Shown here: positions 59,401 through 64,000 of the stretch, one piece after another
How positions within the stretch are numbered: the stretch's first letter is position 1
How the letters are laid out: every line of letters starts with the position of its first letter
Assembly: GCA_905178155.1 (NCBI GenBank)
Contig: CAJINV010000011.1
Span: 1,633,216-1,697,215 of the forward strand
Origin: Amoebophrya sp. A120
Taxonomy: Eukaryota > Protista > Dinoflagellata
Direction of reading: 5' to 3'
Length of the DNA stretch: 64,000 bases
Position numbers and translations under genes: made by a program
The notes under the pieces: model-generated
The model's database searches: none
The model's input: only the letters and a program-made list of their open reading frames with translations
Told to the model about the DNA's origin: nothing

Positions 59401-62400
59401 CACTGAAAGGCAAACCGGTATGTTCGCTCAGGACGACGGAGAAACTGTTGTGGCACCAGCACAGGAAATAATAGAAGCTGGCGCTATTGACCACGAGCAG
59501 GCCGTCCCGGTAGAGCCAACAGCACAGACAATGCCGCCACAAGAAATAACCGCCAAACCCGCACAACTAAAGCACGACCGTCGGTCGGTGCTCCGGAGCA
59601 AATCGAACCAGAAGTACGTGAGCATGCTGAAGCAGCTGCTTGCGACGAATCGCGCGGACATGGACACTGCAGCCGTGCACCCCGGGAATGTCGACGCCTT
59701 TATGGACTCTTTACTCCTGGAAAGCATCCCCTGGAACGCGGAGGAAGCCGCGGAAACCGTGGAAAAACTCTCGGCGATTGTCGGTCAAGAGAGCCTACTG
59801 CTCTCCCCCGCGGCCGGCGGCAGTTTTCCTGGGCAGCAGCAGCAAAATATTAAGTCCTTACTCGCGGCGACTCTGTACAGAAACGCGTGTGAAAAACCGA
59901 GCTTCTCGGCGCTGGACTTGTACGTGGATCTGCTCAATCTTGCCGCGGGTGGACTACACAAGGTTAATAACTCCTCGCCAGATGATGTGGTTGATCAGCA
60001 GAGCTTGTTGAACAACAATTCCACGCAGGAATTAGTACGCGTACAGCAAGAGAAAGACGCGCTCCACGCGGTATTGCGCCGGGAGAAGACCGCCTCGGTT
60101 GGACCCCACTATTTCGTCGATTTTTCCGTATTGGTTTCGCTTCTGGATCACAAAGCAGCAAGTCCCACAACTCTGTCCTCGAAATTATCCTCCCAGCAGC
60201 CCGCCTCGCAGGCCACCGGTGCCTCCACGTTGGTGTCCAATGTAACCGAAATGGAAGAGGAGAAAGCCGCGGAGTCGCAACAAAAAAAGTGCAAAGCCTA
60301 CGCTGCGGACTTGGCGCGACTGGAAGAGCAGGTTCTTTGCCGGCCTAGTATCGGGTTGACGTTTCGAAGATTTCTCCGCGAGGAATTTTTCGGCGGGAAA
60401 AACAAGACCGCGCTGGAAGATTTGCAGGTGTTTTATCAATTTTTGAGCGACAGCATGCCGGTTCGGTACACGAAGTTGACATCGTTAGGACTCCCTGGCG
60501 CGACGACTTTAGCGGCGGAAGAAGCAGCTGCTGGGCTCGGTACTCCGAGCGCAGCTGCCGCTCCGACGTCGACGGATTTGGCAGCCGCGGCCAAAGTGGA
60601 CCCACGGAACACACTGACCACGAAAAACTTCTCCGTCATGCCTCTCCCCGGGGAGAAATTATCGGAAACGATGCGGAACACCACTGATAACAAGACCAGT
60701 CAAATGTTGACCACCGGCGGGAACACGGGCACAACGCCCGGAGCTAATGTTGCGGGTGAGGGCGAAGCGTCCATTGTGCTGGAAGAAGGTGTTGGCGGAG
60801 ATGAACAACGGGGACAAACCACTTCCAAAACATCTTCGAAAAAGAGCGTGACAGGAGGAGCTCGACAATCCGAACAAGTAGTATCGGGAAGTAAGAAAGT
60901 TAAAGTATCAGGGACAAGACTTACCGGGGCCGCCGCGAGCACTTCTCAGAGTAAGAAACTGTCTTCTAAAATCGGCGGTCTCCCTGATCCAGAGTTGTTC
61001 GGATCCGTGGCGCCACCTCCAGGAGGCGACGCAGCAGCCACTGCAACCGCAGACGGCCAGGAACAGGAACAAGAACCTCAGCAGCCCGATTATGTTAACG
61101 ACGAGACCGCAGCGCTGCTGGCCACAGGCGCTAGTACAGGCGTTCTTGCAGCCGGTGAGCAAGTAGATATGATGAGTCGCGCCGGTGATGTCCCAAGCCC
61201 TACGATCGTTGACCTGCAGAATTTCGCTTCCCGAAAAAGAACCCAGGAATTCGAAATGGAACGGGAAACCAAAACGACCCCCAAGCAGCAACGGTCTGGT
61301 GCCGAGTTCACGTTACAGGCGTTGCGGACCAGGTTTTACGCAAAACTGGAGCAGATTTGGAAGCAGCTCGCGTTGCAGATGAGTAAAATTTCCCCTACTA
61401 GCTTCAAATCCGCTTTGCCAAAATCGCAATATCCTGCGTCGCTGCTCCGGCAGACGAGCTTCGAGCAAAGGATGAATAACACGAGAAACAGCGAGTTTTA
61501 TTTTTTGACTAGGAGGCAAAAATGCTCTGTCGCGGAAGTCGCCGAAGTTTTGCAGATGAAAGAAGTGGAAGAGGGAAGCGGTTGGGCAACCGGATTATAT
61601 CCTCCCGTAGCGGCCCCCGCACAACAACTTCTCGTTTCCCCGGAAGGCGAGGCTGGTTCGATCGTGATTCAGGAGGGTGGCGAAGGAGGTGCTGTCGTGG
61701 AAGGAGCTGCAGCTTCTGTTCGCAGAACGAGCAAAAAATCGAAAGGACAGTCGGTCCAAGTGCAACAACCACCTCCGGTGTTGACAAATGATGCAGCAAC
61801 TTCGACGACCGGCATGGGACCCATTGCTCAATCTGCAACCGGTGTTACAGCAGAAGCTAAGACATCAAGAGCTTCTGCCAGAAACACCGCGGCCAGAGGA
61901 CCCGCTTCTTTGGCATTTGGTCTTGCAGGTTCCCCAGACAACGAACAACCCGGAAATAAAATCAGTGCTTTTGCTAGCAGTCCAGGAGCTGCAGCTGCGC
62001 CGGTTGCCGTTGCGCCAGTTTCTAGTCCCGCTCTGCACCAAGCTCGCGAACTTTTGTTCTCGCCGCAACAGGCCGACAATACCAGTTCCGAACAATCCCG
62101 TGGCAGCGAAACCGCAATAAACCTCCGCAACTGGTTCGCACAGCAGGAAAAAGATCTTTTGTCCTCGCGCGAGAAGACTCTCACGTGGCCGCACCTCTTC
62201 TTCATCGACCACCTGGATGGCAACGCAAATTTGATTCCGAAAGATGCGTTGGCTCCAGAGGAGAAACCGGGGAACTGCGCAGCGTGTTGCAGTTTCTGCT
62301 GCATCAGAAGGGCGCGGAAACAGAAGGAAGAGACGCGAAGGGGGGTACTCCGGACGATCATCGACGAGTTGAAATACAAATTTGATCGGGATCAGCCGGC

Positions 62401-62407
62401 GCAGTAA
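50451..62407 (+). CDS. Giant type I membrane protein (~3,658 aa) with a repeated helical module; 4 introners join ORFs 50451, 52046, 53807 and 58346
   Basis: Hydrophobic N-terminus, TM helix FMIIGGIAGAVLLIAGIIVGCWCYF; spliced length 10,977 nt is in frame; C-terminal CAACCSFCC. Confidence 0.8.
51877..52026. mobile_element. Introner family B
   Basis: AATTC DR; family B TIR; restores EKIPTKYEVYLQ. Confidence 0.92.
53663..53927. mobile_element. Introner family A
   Basis: AACAG DR; near-perfect ~31-nt TIR. Confidence 0.93.
57696..57960. mobile_element. Introner family A, reverse orientation
   Basis: GCTAC/GCTGC DR; family A TIR; internal AAAAATCTGTATTGCA is the reverse complement of the TGCAATACAGATTTT block in the 8129 and 53663 copies. 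Confidence 0.9.
58040..58319. mobile_element. Introner, singleton
   Basis: CTCTG DR; TATCCTGCGTAAAAACGTCCCCACCCC / GGGGCAGGGACGTTTTTACAAAGGATA. Confidence 0.9.
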
Positions 62408-62469
62408 GTAGAGGTCGTGGAAGCGCCAAAAAACTCCTCACTGCGTCGAAACCAAAGACGGCAGGGGAA

Positions 62470-64000
62470 ACGCACATTTTTTAGTTAACTTTGTTTATTT
62501 CACACGTAGTATAACACTCCAATTGCAATTCCAATTCCATTATATTTTACAACTTACTTTTTATTCAACACGGTAAAACTTTAACTTGAATATCACGCAA
62601 AATCCAAATCAAAACATGTTAGGCAGTTTGTTATTTTCCGTTTACAGTCACGTTTTCTTTCTCATCAAACTTAAATTTTCCATGTATTGTTCTACACACA
62701 CGAAGCAGAAGAAGAAGAACAAAACCACAGGCAGTAAAATATTTTTTTTATCATTTACACATCTATGAGATTCTACTTTTGCGGCCCATTTCATTTTACT
62801 GTGAATCACAATCCTAAACACGTTTTTACTTAACTTTTGTCACACACACCATTAGCAATGCGAATACTTAGCAACTTCACATCACCCTCCCTGAATTAGC
62901 GAGCGATCCGCCTTTCGGCCATTTCTATTCACAAAATTCAAGCACCAAACACAAAGCATTAATTTTTCAATTTTCAACCAAAATCTCAAGTTCCTAATTA
63001 AGACCAAGAGTGCAAAGCCCACCGATCTAGAAAATGAAGAAAAAAATCCAAAGTCCAAGCAAACCCTAACATGATTAACATCATTTTCATAATTCTAATT
63101 CTTTACAACCTCAACCGCGCTTGCTCTTTGTGACGAGCTCCAGGCTCACAGAGAAAAGTCATGGATTTCACCGTGGCATATTTGTTCGTTCGATCGTTGG
63201 TTCGAGGCAATGAATGATATGAAATATCTTTCTCGATGGATATTGATTGAATTTTTCTCGAAATTCAAAATTTTTATGGTCTGGAAATGCAAAAATTCCA
63301 AGAATCAATGAATATTCTTTCATGATCATGGATTCAGAATCAGAAATCCACAGATAGAATAATTAATTTTATCGTGTGATTGTGAGGATTGATATTGGAG
63401 TCCAGGATATGGATTGATGAAGAGGTGTAAATAAGAATATTTTTGCAAGTTCTTTCATGATGTTTCCTTTGGGATTTCATTTTTCAATTATGATATATAG
63501 AAAAACAAATCGGAAAAAGATTATTTTGTGGAAATTTGAAAAAAGATCTTTAATTTGTAGAGGGAAAATCTTTTATAGTTTCATCATATTATTTCCGAAA
63601 TTTTGTTGTTGAGTTCTTTGATTTCAATTTTTTGGAATAATTTATTTTGAAAATATATGAAAACTGAAAAAAAAAGAATCGGAATTTTCAGAGTGGAAAT
63701 CTCTCTTTCATAGGATAATTTCATCAGATTATTTTCTAAATTTATTTTGTTTGATTCCGATCGTTTTTTGAAATAATTTTGAAAATATGGTTGGAATCAT
63801 GTCCTCAAAAAAAAAAAAAATAAGTTTTTCCTTCAATGTCAATTATAATCTAATCCTTACTTTCTATTTTGAAATACCAAAATTTTTCAAAAGATTTTTG
63901 ATTCAGAATTCCATTTCTTTTGCTTTTAGAATTATTTCTCGATATCATTACATTTTGAAAAATTTCATGGATGATCGAAAATCGACGATATGAATATGAA
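62470..64000. other. AT-rich non-coding block
   Basis: Abrupt drop in GC after the last gene; no credible ORF. Confidence 0.6.

Noticed and set aside
63061-63069. Telomeric repeat AAACCCTAA
   Set aside because: Single unit, not an array

Overview
Eukaryotic, gene-dense window with about 12 protein-coding genes, all on the + strand. Gene content and intron architecture point to an alveolate, most likely a parasitic syndinian dinoflagellate such as Amoebophrya (inference, no taxonomic marker seen). In order the genes are: monomeric IDH (3' end), GYF-like protein, TLC-domain protein, PP2C, signal-peptide Ntn/GATase-II hydrolase, two tandem GH16 glucanases, SWIM-finger protein, a polytopic membrane protein, an SLC25A17-like carrier, an MDC1-like BRCT protein, a myosin and a ~3,660 aa repeat membrane protein. 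The dominant signal is 21 transposon-like non-canonical introns (introners, core 137-512 nt) in 6 genes. Each core starts TAT and nearly always ends ATA, has terminal inverted repeats (TIRs) and is flanked by a 5-nt direct repeat (DR). Removing the core plus one DR restores conserved protein sequence, and all six spliced CDS lengths come out divisible by 3. The elements form 3 multi-copy families plus 5 singletons. They occur in both orientations, share an internal TGTNATGC motif, lie only inside CDS, appear to splice in a fixed register (N-TAT...ATA-NNNN) and grade into ordinary GT-AG introns. No transposase was seen. All exon structures are deduced by eye from DNA, with no RNA evidence.
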